Shown piece after piece: positions 1 to 11,913 of a DNA stretch of 64,000 bases. A model generated the notes under the pieces. That model saw only the letters and a program-made list of their open reading frames with translations, was not told the DNA's origin and ran no database searches. Both the position numbers and the translations under genes were made by a program. Numbering within the stretch: position 1 is the stretch's first letter; each line of letters begins with the position of its first letter. Source of the DNA: Candidatus Latescibacterota bacterium (GTDB lineage Bacteria > Latescibacterota > UBA2968 > GCA-2709665); contig OZ241917.1 of NCBI GenBank assembly GCA_965203805.1, positions 1,088,001 to 1,152,000 on the forward strand. The letters run 5' to 3'.

Positions 1-2091
1 ATCGATGAAATCGCCCGTGTGTCACGCCGCCTTCTCGGGTACTTTCTCAAGCGGCGCGCGAATTATCCGCGGCTCCACGCGCTCGCGTCCGGCTTGTCGC
101 CCCACCCCGACCTGGAAGCCTGCATTCACCGTGCCATCGACCCCGCTACGGAAACCGTCAAGGATTCCGCAAGTACGGAATTGAGGCGGCTCCGGCGCAG
201 CCTGGAGAGAACCCGGTCGGGCATCCGCAGTTCCGTTGAGGGCATCCTGAGCCGGCTCCCCGACGACGTCTTGCAGGAACGACTGATCACCATCCGGAAC
301 GGCCGTTTCGTCATCCCGGTACGGGAAAATCAGAAACACCGGGTGGAAGGCCTCGTGCACGATCAGTCGGCCAGCGGCGCCACACTCTTCGTCGAACCCA
401 TGGCCACCCTGGCGCTCAACAACCGGCTGCGGCAACTCGAACTGGCCGAACAACAGGAGGTGAAACGCGTCCTTCAGGAGCTTACCCGCGGCGTTGGCGA
501 GGTCAGCGGGGACCTATTGGAAAATCTGCGTATTCTGGGAAAATTCGATGCCGTTTTCGCGAAGGCCGGCTTCTCACACGAACTGAAGTGCAGTGAGCCC
601 GCATTCAACCGGGAAGGACGCCTCGAACTCCGCGAGGCACGGCATCCCGTACTGGTCGACCGCCTGCGCGATGAAAACCGGTCCGATTCCATCGTCCCGC
701 TCGGCCTGCAAATGGACAATGACGGCATTCGCACCCTCGTGCTGACCGGGCCGAACGCAGGCGGCAAGACCGTGGCCCTGAAAACCGTCGGCCTGCTTGC
801 TCTGATGGCACAGGCCGGCCTGCCCGTGCCGGCAGCTGAACATTCGCAGTTTCCTATCTTCAACGGCGTCTTTGCAGACATCGGCGATGCCCAGTCCATC
901 GAGAACGACCTCAGCACGTTTTCGTCTCATGTGTCGAATCTGGTTGAGGTCACGAACCATGCCGAAGCCCGCTCCCTGGTCCTTCTCGACGAAGTCGGCG
1001 CCAGCACCGACCCCGACCAGGGCGCCGCCCTGGCGATGGCCCTCCTGAGTACGCTCACCGGGCGGGGCTGCCTTACGGTGGCCACGACCCATCACGGCGC
1101 CCTGAAAGCCTTTGCACACCGCACGGACGGGATGGCCAACGGTTCGATGGCGTTCGACGCGGCCACCCTGACCCCGACCTTCCAGCTTCGTCTCAATACG
1201 CCCGGAAGCAGTTACGCCTTTGAAATCGCCCGCCGGCTTCAGATGCCATCCGACATCGTCGACGAAGCCAGGCGCATCGCGGGAAGCGATATCGGCCGCC
1301 TTGAAGCCCTTATCGCGGATCTCGACGACACGTACCGGCATTACAACGACGAACTGGAACGAGCGCAATCCATCCGGAGTGAAATGGAACGCCTGAAAGC
1401 GGAATACGACAGCCGCCTCGAGGAGGTGGGTCGGCGTGAACGCGCGCTCAAACGCGGCGCGGAGGAGGAAGCCAGCCGGATTCTGGACGGCGCCAACGCC
1501 CTGATCGAACGCACGGTTTCCGAACTCAGGCGGCGCAACGCGGACAGGGACTCGATCAAAGAGGCCCGGGCGGAAGTGGCGCGGGCCAGACGCGACCTGA
1601 CCGATTCGGTCGACGCGCCGGCATCGCCTCTGCCGGCGCTCGAACCCGGAAGCCGGGTGCGGGTGCGCAGTCTCGGAAAAGAGGGGACCGTGGCGGCCGG
1701 GCGGAACGAGGGATCGCGGGTATCGGTCGAAGTGGGCAACGTGCGTCTGCAGGTGCAGCGGGCGGACCTGGAACCCGTGGAAACCGCCGGGGAGCCGCCC
1801 TCCGTGGCGGCCCGCTACGGACTCGCCGCGCCCGATAGCGTTGCCGCCGAAGTGGACCTGAGAGGCATGACCGTGGAAGAAGCCGTGGAAGCCGTCGACA
1901 AGTACGTCGACGAACTCTACCTAGCCGGGATGGAACACGCAGCGGTGATTCACGGAAAGGGCACCGGCGCCCTGCGCAGGGCGATCGGCATCCACCTCCG
2001 GAGCCACGAATTCGTCAAGTCACAGCGCCTCGGACGGCACAACGAGGGCGGCGCCGGCGTCACGGTCATTACGCTCGACCTGGATTCCTGA
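1..2091 (+). CDS. mutS2: MutS2 endonuclease/ATPase with C-terminal Smr domain (5' end outside window)
   Basis: Frame open from base 1; HDQSASGATLFVEP, Walker A TGPNAGGKT, LLDEVGASTDP, C-terminal Smr VDLRG...IHGKGTGALR. Confidence 0.95.
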   Translation: MDEIARVSRRLLGYFLKRRANYPRLHALASGLSPHPDLEACIHRAIDPATETVKDSASTELRRLRRSLERTRSGIRSSVEGILSRLPDDVLQERLITIRNGRFVIPVRENQKHRVEGLVHDQSASGATLFVEPMATLALNNRLRQLELAEQQEVKRVLQELTRGVGEVSGDLLENLRILGKFDAVFAKAGFSHELKCSEPAFNREGRLELREARHPVLVDRLRDENRSDSIVPLGLQMDNDGIRTLVLTGPNAGGKTVALKTVGLLALMAQAGLPVPAAEHSQFPIFNGVFADIGDAQSIENDLSTFSSHVSNLVEVTNHAEARSLVLLDEVGASTDPDQGAALAMALLSTLTGRGCLTVATTHHGALKAFAHRTDGMANGSMAFDAATLTPTFQLRLNTPGSSYAFEIARRLQMPSDIVDEARRIAGSDIGRLEALIADLDDTYRHYNDELERAQSIRSEMERLKAEYDSRLEEVGRRERALKRGAEEEASRILDGANALIERTVSELRRRNADRDSIKEARAEVARARRDLTDSVDAPASPLPALEPGSRVRVRSLGKEGTVAAGRNEGSRVSVEVGNVRLQVQRADLEPVETAGEPPSVAARYGLAAPDSVAAEVDLRGMTVEEAVEAVDKYVDELYLAGMEHAAVIHGKGTGALRRAIGIHLRSHEFVKSQRLGRHNEGGAGVTVITLDLDS

Positions 2092-2142
2092 GCGCGAACA
2101 CGGATATCATACGCTGGTACGCAGCAACCGCGCCCGAGCCGT

Positions 2143-2171
2143 TTGACACCTCACCCGGATTCGTCTATATT
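2143..2171 (+). promoter_or_regulatory. sigma70-type promoter for ispG
   Basis: TTGACA-17 nt-TATATT. Confidence 0.6.
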
Positions 2172-2228
2172 AAAACCGGTCACGATACAAGCACCGCCTT
2201 TCATCCTCCTTTCGCCTGAATCCGTCCC

Positions 2229-4169
<1,941 letters not shown>

Positions 4170-4283
4170 ACGCCGTTCGCGCCCGATTTGACGATCCACG
4201 TTTCCTTCAGCCACCGTTCGCCCATCAACCATCGCGTTGCGTCTCAGACATCCCCTTATTTCAAGCCGATCGGGAAACCGGCG

Positions 4284-6092
4284 ATGGCCCGAATCCCTGA
4301 AGATACCGTCGAACAGATCCGCGACTCGGTGGATATCGTCGACGTCATTTCCGAATTTGTCGCGCTCAACAGGCGCGGCAAGAGCTATCTGGGCCTGTGC
4401 CCGTTTCACGACGATCGGACGCCGTCCCTGAATGTCTCACAGGAGAAGCAGATCTACAAGTGTTTCTCCTGCGGCGCGGGCGGAAACGCGTTCAGGTTCC
4501 TGATGGACCTCGAACGCATCAGTTTCGTGGAATCCGTGCGCAAGCTCGCGGACCAGGTCGGCATCGTACTTCCGGAATTCGAGTCCCGGAGTCCGGCGGA
4601 AAAGGACCACAACGACGAGCTCTACCGGACGGTCGAGTTCGCGAAGAAATACTTCCGCCATATGCTGATGCGCCATGCGTCCGGCGAAGGCGCGCGGGAT
4701 TACCTCGTCGGCCGGGGCGTTTCCGAATCCATGATGGACGACTTCGCGCTTGGCTATGCCACGACAGCCTGGGACGGTCTGCTCAGCGTGGCCGGCAGAC
4801 GTGGATTCAGCGCGCAGATGCTCGAACGGGCCGGCCTGGTTGTGCCCCGCGAAAACGGCGGCTACTACGACCGTTTCCGTGACCGGGTCATCTTTCCCAT
4901 CGAGTCGCACACGGGCCGGACCGTGGCTTTCGGCGCCCGCGCCCTCGATCCGGAACAACAGCCCAAATACCTGAACTCTCCCGAGACCGCCGTCTACAAC
5001 AAGAGCGCCACGCTCTACGGCCTCTGGAAAAACCGCGAGCCCATCCGTTCAACCCGGTCGGCGGTGATCGTCGAAGGGTATATGGACCTCGTTGCCCTGG
5101 CGCAGTTCGATTTCCACAACGCCGTCGCCTCTTCCGGGACCGCGCTTACCCCGGAACATGCCCGTATGCTCAAACGGTACGCCGACGTGGCCGTGCTTGT
5201 TTTCGACGGCGATGCGGCGGGTACCGCCGCCACCGTGCGCGGCATCGGCGCGATGATGGCGTCCGAACTGGATATCCGTGTGGTCACGCTGGACGGCGGC
5301 CACGATCCGGACAGCCTTATCCGGCAGCGGGGCTCGGACGGCTTTCGCGAGCTGATCGAAAACGCCGCACCGGTCATGGAATTCCTATTCGATTGGGTAC
5401 GGTCGCACGAAGATCTGTCCACGTCGGACGGCAAGACCCGGGCCGTCAAGACCATCTCGGAAATCGTCTCGCACGCGAAAGACAGCGCTCGCAGGCGTTT
5501 TCTTACGCAGGAAACCGCGCAGAAGCTGGGCATTGACGAGACCATCGTGATCGACGCGGTGCAGCGGGCCGCGCGATACCGGCGGAGCGGGCGGTCGAAT
5601 ACCGGCGCGGAGTCAGGCGCGGCGTCGTTCGAGCCGGGCCCGCGCATGGAACGCGAACTGATCACGATGATGATGGCGGACGACAACACGGCCGATACCG
5701 TGTTGAAGCAGGTTGACGCCGGTCACTTTACCAACAGTGTATACCGGCGAATCTCGGGCATGATCGCCGTGGCCCGCAGGGAGGGCCGGACCTCGTCGGC
5801 CGCATCACTGCTGAATCGTTGCGAGGACGCCGGTCTGGCCAGTGCCGTATCCGCGCTGTCCATGGAGACCGGCATCCTCAATCCCGAGGCAAAGTTACCG
5901 CTGCAGGACTATCTCACCAGAATGCAGCTCAAGGCGCTGGACGCCCGCATCGACGCCCTGGAGGCGAAACTTCGCACGGACGGCGGAGGAACCGACCCGA
6001 TGGCGCTGATGACGGAACACAAAGACCTGACCCGAAAACGCAGAGCACTGTTCGCCAGCCGGCACGGCCCGCCTGAAACGGCGACGCCATGA
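4284..6092 (+). CDS. dnaG: DNA primase
   Basis: CHC2 zinc finger CPFH...CFSC, KYLNSPET, TOPRIM VEGYMD and FDGDAAG; start taken at MARIPEDTVEQ. Confidence 0.96.
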   Translation: MARIPEDTVEQIRDSVDIVDVISEFVALNRRGKSYLGLCPFHDDRTPSLNVSQEKQIYKCFSCGAGGNAFRFLMDLERISFVESVRKLADQVGIVLPEFESRSPAEKDHNDELYRTVEFAKKYFRHMLMRHASGEGARDYLVGRGVSESMMDDFALGYATTAWDGLLSVAGRRGFSAQMLERAGLVVPRENGGYYDRFRDRVIFPIESHTGRTVAFGARALDPEQQPKYLNSPETAVYNKSATLYGLWKNREPIRSTRSAVIVEGYMDLVALAQFDFHNAVASSGTALTPEHARMLKRYADVAVLVFDGDAAGTAATVRGIGAMMASELDIRVVTLDGGHDPDSLIRQRGSDGFRELIENAAPVMEFLFDWVRSHEDLSTSDGKTRAVKTISEIVSHAKDSARRRFLTQETAQKLGIDETIVIDAVQRAARYRRSGRSNTGAESGAASFEPGPRMERELITMMMADDNTADTVLKQVDAGHFTNSVYRRISGMIAVARREGRTSSAASLLNRCEDAGLASAVSALSMETGILNPEAKLPLQDYLTRMQLKALDARIDALEAKLRTDGGGTDPMALMTEHKDLTRKRRALFASRHGPPETATP

Positions 6093-6141
6093 CCACAAAA
6101 AGCTTGTCCTTCCCGCCATAACGAGTAAATTTAACCATCGC

Positions 6142-6218
6142 GGGCCCTTAGCTCAGCTGGTTAGAGCGGCGGACTCATAATCCGTTGGTCGCAGGTTCGA
6201 GTCCTGCAGGGCCCACCA
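6142..6218 (+). tRNA. tRNA with CAU anticodon, most likely tRNA-Ile2 (lysidine-modified)
   Basis: Cloverleaf GGGCCCT...AGGGCCC ACCA, anticodon arm GCGGA-CTCATAA-TCCGT, GGTTCGAGTCC T-arm; paired G1-C72 and C4-G69/C5-G68 favour Ile2 over fMet/Met. Confidence 0.93.
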
Positions 6219-6224
6219 GAATAC

Positions 6225-6264
6225 AAAAGAAGGAGCCGGAGATTCCTCCGGCTCCTTCTTTTTT
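6225..6264. terminator. bidirectional intrinsic terminator
   Basis: AAAAGAAGGAGCCGGAG-attc-CTCCGGCTCCTTCTTTTTT between the tRNA and the convergent island genes. Confidence 0.85.
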
Positions 6265-6310
6265 GTGTCGTTGGGGTGACGAATTATATCAGTCGGAAGG
6301 CTCCCTCAGA

Positions 6311-6967
6311 TCAAAAGTCATCGACCGACGCAGTAGACGTGTCCTCCTCCACACGATCCGGGCATTCGGTTGCGGGTATCTTGCAGAACCGACATTCCCC
6401 AAAGCTCGGAACCAACCTGGCCGGATTTTCCGATGCCAACCTGCGTATCAAGTCCACAAACCGCTCGACGAATTTGTCATCAATGGCCGATGAGGGAACC
6501 GGGACCTCCCGCTCTCCGTATACAACCCGACCTTCGAAACCAACATCCCTGTATTTCTCGGGAAAGGCTCTGGGAACGGCATACATGTAAAGCATGACCT
6601 GAACGTGATCCGATGACCTTGGTTGACCCGTCTTGATATCTGCGATGATGCCGCGATTTTGCTTCCTCGCAATTAAATCGGGCTTTCCCCCAACCGTCGC
6701 CGTCCTTCCCTTGAGGTGGAAGTAATTTTGCGTCTCGGTCGACACATCAAAGCCTCTATCTTCCAGGTTTTCCTGATATTTATTTCTCGCTGCCGTGTGT
6801 TCGATCTGCCACGTGGTCGAATCGAAATCACTTGGCAAAGCCGTCCAGCTCTTCCCGTCGTGCTGGGCTTGAAACCAGCCGGCCCACTCACATGACGCTT
6901 CTCCGGTCAACAATTTCGTCAACCACGTCACCCAGATATACGGTAGACCAGGTCTTTTCTCTGCCAT
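6311..6967 (-). CDS. PD-(D/E)XK nuclease, Cas4/RecB-like
   Basis: GKPDLIA...IADIKTG, QVMLY motif, one N-terminal Cys plus C-terminal CRFC-x6-C. Confidence 0.8.
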   Translation of the reverse strand: MAEKRPGLPYIWVTWLTKLLTGEASCEWAGWFQAQHDGKSWTALPSDFDSTTWQIEHTAARNKYQENLEDRGFDVSTETQNYFHLKGRTATVGGKPDLIARKQNRGIIADIKTGQPRSSDHVQVMLYMYAVPRAFPEKYRDVGFEGRVVYGEREVPVPSSAIDDKFVERFVDLIRRLASENPARLVPSFGECRFCKIPATECPDRVEEDTSTASVDDF

Positions 6968-7046
6968 CTTTCTCTCACTTTCGATGCCGGCCCTCGAACT
7001 GCCCATTGTATCCAGACAATTGAGACGATTTCCTCTTCCGCCACGC

Positions 7047-9116
7047 CTACACACCGAGGTCATCCAGAAATTCGGAACCCGGCCGGACCCCGCTGACCGT
7101 CAGAAAGTCTCTGGCCCGGGTACAGGCGACATACAGCAGGTGTCTCTCCGTGTCATATACCTCTTCAAGGTCCGATTCATCAGCGGCGGTCTCAATGCGT
7201 TCCTGCTGCGGGATGACTTCGTCGTCGCACGCCATCACGGCAACGGCTCGAAACTCCAATCCTTTCGCGAGATGCATCGTGGCAATCGACAATCGACCCG
7301 CACCCGGCGCTCCTCCTTCATCCAGAACCGCGAACGGAAACCCTGATCCTTGTGCAGCTTCACGCGCTCTATCCAGTTGCAATTCTGAACGCGCGAATAT
7401 CGCCATTTCGCCGGGGTCGACGCCCTTGTCACTACACCGCTTAAGCCATGCTCCGACGGCCTCGGCCTCCTGCTGTGCGGTATCGTACCGTTGGATTTCA
7501 GGCACTTCCCCGTTGAACGCCGATACCGTTCCTCGTCGATCCTCCGTGTAACCATCCACGTCCGCGACTTCAGAGCCAAGCAGCCGGTCTACATGCCTCC
7601 TGATCTGGTAGGACGTCCGATAGTTGAGGGTGAGTGTCTCGGATCGGCCCGATATATCGACGCCCACCGCCTTCCAGGAAAACGGCGCCTGAAAAATCCG
7701 TTGCCCGAGATCGCCGGCGAAAAACAGTGCGTTTGCCCTCTGCCCGCCCATTGCCGCAAAAAAACGCAGTTGTGGGACGCTGATTTCCTGCGCTTCATCC
7801 ACAACAGTAAAGTCATAAGGCGGATGCCGACGATTTTTGAGGCCATGAGCCAACCGACCAAACATCTCTGCACGCGTGACCAGGCCACGTTCTCCCATCT
7901 GGTCCCTGACCCTGTCGAATATCGACCACAGCCTTGAACGCTGCTCGAGGGGAAGCCGCGGCTTACGGCCGAGTCGTCTGACGTCACGATAGGCCTCCCA
8001 TGTGTCCAACTGACATGCGTCGACGACGTTTTCCCACTCGTCCATCAGAAACGGGACGGAAAAGCGATGTGGTCCATCCTCTTTGGCGTATTCGGCAAGT
8101 AGCCCCCGGACCGTCTCCTTTGGCGCAATTTTCGGTACACCGAATTGCGCCTGATAAAGGCGCTCGCAGACCTGATGAATCGCGGTGACTTCCAGGCGTT
8201 CCATTAGCCGGGGTTCACTCCGAATCAGCCGCCTGACCTTCGTGCGGAGAAAATCAGCCAGGGTGTCTGAAAACGTCGTAAGGAGGACCCGAGCCTCCGG
8301 ATTGGCGCGTGCGAGAAACACAGCCCTGTGAATGGCCACGACGGTCTTGCCCGTACCGGCCGTCCCGGATACACGAAACGGTCCGTTATAGTCCCCCTCC
8401 ACGATTTTCCGCTGCGACGGATGCAGAAAAATCGACCATTTATCCCAGGGAAAGTCAAGCGCAAGCTCGAGTTCCTCCTCGTTCGAAATCGCCTGGAAAC
8501 GACGCTTCGCATCGGGGTGTTCGAACGGGTCTTCGACGACAACAGGCGCTACCGGTTTCGGTGTCTCACCGACGGCTATCTGCAGCAACGCTTCCGCTGC
8601 TTCATCGGGCAGATGCTCCGACAGGTCCAACAAACTGTCTTCATTGGCGTTCCGTACGTCGTGCAGCCACTCCGCCGGGACCCCATAGCTCAGGAGATCC
8701 TCTTCTGAGGTCTCGGCAAACAGGAGCGGCTTGACAGGTGCTTTCTGTTCCGCTTCCACATAAACCGGTACGACGACTTCCTTAACCATCTCCTTTACTT
8801 CGACCAATTGAGCCGCTCCGGTCGTCGGATGGACTTCCATTTTGCGCTTTTCCGCCCATTTGTAGGCGTCGTCGTGGTGATCCACGTAGCACATCATCAG
8901 ACTCTTGGGTGTCCGATGAACAATGACACGAATATCCCGATTGGCGCGAACCGACCAGAAATTCGGATCCCTCGCTTTATCGACCCGGTGGAATTTCAAT
9001 CCGGGCTGAGCCGGGTTCACCTGCAAATCAAAGGCCGTGGTTTTCACGGCCTTTTGTTCGTTTCCCGTCAGCCTCGCGAGGCTGTCTGTGAAGGTGTCTG
9101 CTATTCGGAAGTTCAT
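7047..9116 (-). CDS. UvrD/SF1 helicase with N-terminal RelE/ParE-like domain
   Basis: Walker A GTAGTGKT, VVDEAQE, LNYRTS, TMHLAKGLEF, LLYVACTRAR; N-terminal ~90 aa with FWSVRANRDIRVIV resembles a RelE fold. Confidence 0.88.
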   Translation of the reverse strand: MNFRIADTFTDSLARLTGNEQKAVKTTAFDLQVNPAQPGLKFHRVDKARDPNFWSVRANRDIRVIVHRTPKSLMMCYVDHHDDAYKWAEKRKMEVHPTTGAAQLVEVKEMVKEVVVPVYVEAEQKAPVKPLLFAETSEEDLLSYGVPAEWLHDVRNANEDSLLDLSEHLPDEAAEALLQIAVGETPKPVAPVVVEDPFEHPDAKRRFQAISNEEELELALDFPWDKWSIFLHPSQRKIVEGDYNGPFRVSGTAGTGKTVVAIHRAVFLARANPEARVLLTTFSDTLADFLRTKVRRLIRSEPRLMERLEVTAIHQVCERLYQAQFGVPKIAPKETVRGLLAEYAKEDGPHRFSVPFLMDEWENVVDACQLDTWEAYRDVRRLGRKPRLPLEQRSRLWSIFDRVRDQMGERGLVTRAEMFGRLAHGLKNRRHPPYDFTVVDEAQEISVPQLRFFAAMGGQRANALFFAGDLGQRIFQAPFSWKAVGVDISGRSETLTLNYRTSYQIRRHVDRLLGSEVADVDGYTEDRRGTVSAFNGEVPEIQRYDTAQQEAEAVGAWLKRCSDKGVDPGEMAIFARSELQLDRAREAAQGSGFPFAVLDEGGAPGAGRLSIATMHLAKGLEFRAVAVMACDDEVIPQQERIETAADESDLEEVYDTERHLLYVACTRARDFLTVSGVRPGSEFLDDLGV

Positions 9117-9382
9117 TTCAGATTGCGTTGGATTCGATCCTTTGCGTGTGTGTGATTGCCGTGAATACATCAGCAAAAACACAAGGCTCCTGGCGTTATG
9201 AAACCAGGCAAGGTAAGTGGTAGCTTGGCAACCAGCGACGACGATCTGCAAGAAGCGATCGGCATGCAAATATTCCCTTGCTGACGGTCGCCAAAAATTG
9301 CACACGTCTTACCTTGCCACACAGAATCCACACTTGCAAGAATCCTATCGATCCTCTCGGCGCCTAACGGCCATCTACGCTA

Positions 9383-9832
9383 TCAGACTACTGCTGGATG
9401 CGTGTGAACAATGCAAGCCGCTATCATGTCACCAATGAGAGCGGCCTGATCGGAATCGCCCGGCGGAAGCCCTACAATTTCACTGTGAGACGGATCGGCA
9501 TCGTATTCCCCTTCGGCATCCAAGGGCTTATTGACGAAGCGAAGGCTTCCGAGTTCACTCGAGATGTACTGTTTTGTTGCGCCGACATTCAATTCTGCAA
9601 GGCGACCACGTTTCTTCATATCCAACCGAGAGAGTCGCCTTACCTCTGCAAGTTGGCCGTCCTTAGTGCAATCGCGAATACACTCAAGCCAGTTAACGGA
9701 CACGCCGGTATCATCGGGCCGATGTGGGCGCAGCCGGAATTCAGATCCATCCACCTTTCCGTCCTCGCGTATGCTTGTAGGCTTAGCATATCGGACCACG
9801 TGATGCCCATCCGGCAGATTGTCGTCAGTCAT
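9383..9832 (-). CDS. hypothetical protein, possible ADP-ribosyltransferase-fold toxin
   Basis: 149 aa; HVVRY, F-x-LR, GVSVNW and C-terminal HSEI pattern; ATGA overlap with upstream gene. Confidence 0.5.
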   Translation of the reverse strand: MTDDNLPDGHHVVRYAKPTSIREDGKVDGSEFRLRPHRPDDTGVSVNWLECIRDCTKDGQLAEVRRLSRLDMKKRGRLAELNVGATKQYISSELGSLRFVNKPLDAEGEYDADPSHSEIVGLPPGDSDQAALIGDMIAACIVHTHPAVV

Positions 9833-10605
9833 ATTTTCAGGAGTACCTCAAGGTCGAAGTTCCGTACCTGTTGCTTCACACCTTCGAGTGTATCGCGTCC
9901 TGCCACACGCGATACATGTCCGCTTCCCTGACGTCGGCGAAATATGACATACTGCACCATGTGGTCGCCAAGGAACTGAAAGCCCAAATGGCTGCCATCT
10001 CCTCCATCCCAGACAGCGCGTACATTCCCGTTGTCAACGAGCACCAAATCCGCCTTAGCGGCAAAAGGCGTCGATTCGACGAACGACCAGAAATCCTGCA
10101 GTGACTCCTTGTTCACAGTGATACCGTCGAGTTCGCCATCTCTGCGCAGTATTTCAATTCGTTTTCCATAGGCAAAGAAGACTTCCCAACTGATCCCACG
10201 TCTGTCTGCGTTTGCGGGATCACGCATGCTGAGCAGGTCGATCCAACCTGCCCGGTAATGAGATTCCGTAAGTGTAGTTGATGGCTCGTTGGCTATATAT
10301 CTACGAATGTTGGATGCGACAGAATCGATGACTGCTGCGCTCGTAGACGGACGAGACTCGCCTGCCAACAACGTTTGATATACGCCAAATCGGTTCACGG
10401 GAGAATGACCTTGCGATATTTCTCTTTCCAATCGATTCAAATTGGGGTACTGCGAATGGCCATGAGGGTGGTGCCAAGAGAAATGTACGCGTGGTTGATT
10501 TGTCTCACTTACCAACTCCGGGTCGAACGCATTTGCATTAATCCTCGGGTCCGACTGCGGCCAGTCTGATGCGAATACAACAGAAGACGAAGACAAGTTC
10601 GTCAT
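9829..10605 (-). CDS. hypothetical protein (middle gene of TIGR04255 module)
   Basis: ATGA overlaps at both ends; Ser/Pro-rich N-half, compact C-terminal domain DNGNVRAVW...LGFQFLGD. Confidence 0.7.
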   Translation of the reverse strand: MTNLSSSSVVFASDWPQSDPRINANAFDPELVSETNQPRVHFSWHHPHGHSQYPNLNRLEREISQGHSPVNRFGVYQTLLAGESRPSTSAAVIDSVASNIRRYIANEPSTTLTESHYRAGWIDLLSMRDPANADRRGISWEVFFAYGKRIEILRRDGELDGITVNKESLQDFWSFVESTPFAAKADLVLVDNGNVRAVWDGGDGSHLGFQFLGDHMVQYVIFRRRQGSGHVSRVAGRDTLEGVKQQVRNFDLEVLLKI

Positions 10606-11393
10606 ACAACGTCCTCCTTGAGATGCCAGAGTCGATCTTGAATTTCCTGGCTGGTCATTCCCACAAAACAACTGATGACGGCATCATGGGCACGCTCGAA
10701 CCATTCATCCGTTCCCGGTTTTGCCAACTGCCCCACTCGGCCGACGGCCTTGATTTCAAAAATAAGCACCGGCACATTCTCCTGCGCCTCCCTGACCCCA
10801 CTGCGGATGTTGACGTTAACTTGCAGATCGGCCGCAATTATGTACGCGAAATTGCAATTGAAATCTGGAGAACCCAAGGAGCTTACGCCGGAATCCACAA
10901 TCGAGAACGATGGAATAACTTTGTTCGTTTCTTGTGGCCCCGCCCAGAACTCACAATGTTCCAGGACATTGATGTAATTCAACTCACAGAGTTCAATAGA
11001 GGGTTCGGCAATCTTAATTTCCGTTCTGACAAATTCGCTGAATAGGCTATAGATTCGATCAAATGTCGGCTTGATATTCCCGTGAAAGCGTGGGTATTCA
11101 CGGTCTCTACGGCGCCAATTAAACATAAAGGCACTTTTCTGGATTTGAATAAGGTTGATTTCATCATCTGCAATGAACCAATATCTGGGCATTGGAAACG
11201 GCTCTTTTTCGCTTAGCTCCGGTGCGATTCCCACTGGTGGTTGTTGGCGTACTTCAGGAAACTCGTCCTTAATACGTTCCCAGAACCGGCCGATGTGCTC
11301 GCTGCGCATTTCGGACAATTGTGGGTTGAAGTATGTGGATATCACAACTTCATTTATTGGCGGATTCCCGAAAGATATGTCTCGTGGTTTCAT
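10602..11393 (-). CDS. TIGR04255 family protein
   Basis: FGNPPINEVV start, PRYWF, LIQIQ...FMFNWRR...EYPRF, LNYIN, WFERAH motifs. Confidence 0.8.
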   Translation of the reverse strand: MKPRDISFGNPPINEVVISTYFNPQLSEMRSEHIGRFWERIKDEFPEVRQQPPVGIAPELSEKEPFPMPRYWFIADDEINLIQIQKSAFMFNWRRRDREYPRFHGNIKPTFDRIYSLFSEFVRTEIKIAEPSIELCELNYINVLEHCEFWAGPQETNKVIPSFSIVDSGVSSLGSPDFNCNFAYIIAADLQVNVNIRSGVREAQENVPVLIFEIKAVGRVGQLAKPGTDEWFERAHDAVISCFVGMTSQEIQDRLWHLKEDVV

Positions 11394-11625
11394 GAAAGTC
11401 TATTACTCCTTAAGTACTCAAATATGTGCAAAGGGCGATGGCTTGAATAGACCAACCCGACAAGCCCGTGAAGGACATTGACTTCCGGATGATCGATGAC
11501 GGGTCTATAGTTGAAATGCGATACACGCGCACTATAGGACTCGAAGTACTGCCACATCCTACGTCAATTTACACGGCTAAGGAAGTAGTTGCTTCATTCT
11601 ATATTGGCACACGTGGGATTACACA

Positions 11626-11843
11626 TCACACCCGAAACACCTTCATCACCTTGTCGCCAAGGTGATTGATTACTTTCACCGCGATTTGGCCTGATTTCGG
11701 CTTCGCAAAAGGCCTTGAGGTGTCGCTGTGGAGGGTTTCCGGGCTTCCTGATTAACCTCAGCCTTTAGGGTGGTTTTGAGCGATTTATAGGGGTCGTTTG
11801 CGCCGAGGAAATAGGCTTGGCTAGTGAAGAGGCAACGCTCGTT
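11626..11843 (-). pseudogene. diverged, frameshifted duplicate of the 3' end of mod
   Basis: Aligns by eye to 13418-13636 (AYFLGANDPYKSLKTTLKAE...VINHLGD-VMKVFRV*) with many synonymous changes and a 1-nt deletion. Confidence 0.9.
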
Positions 11844-11913
11844 TGTGGCCGTTTCGACAACATAACGGCGGGTGAGGCAATGTTGGGTGGCTGTTGATAC
11901 CACTGATCTATTC

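Noticed and set aside
6311-6967. CRISPR-Cas locus
   Set aside because: No repeat-spacer array or other cas genes in the window.
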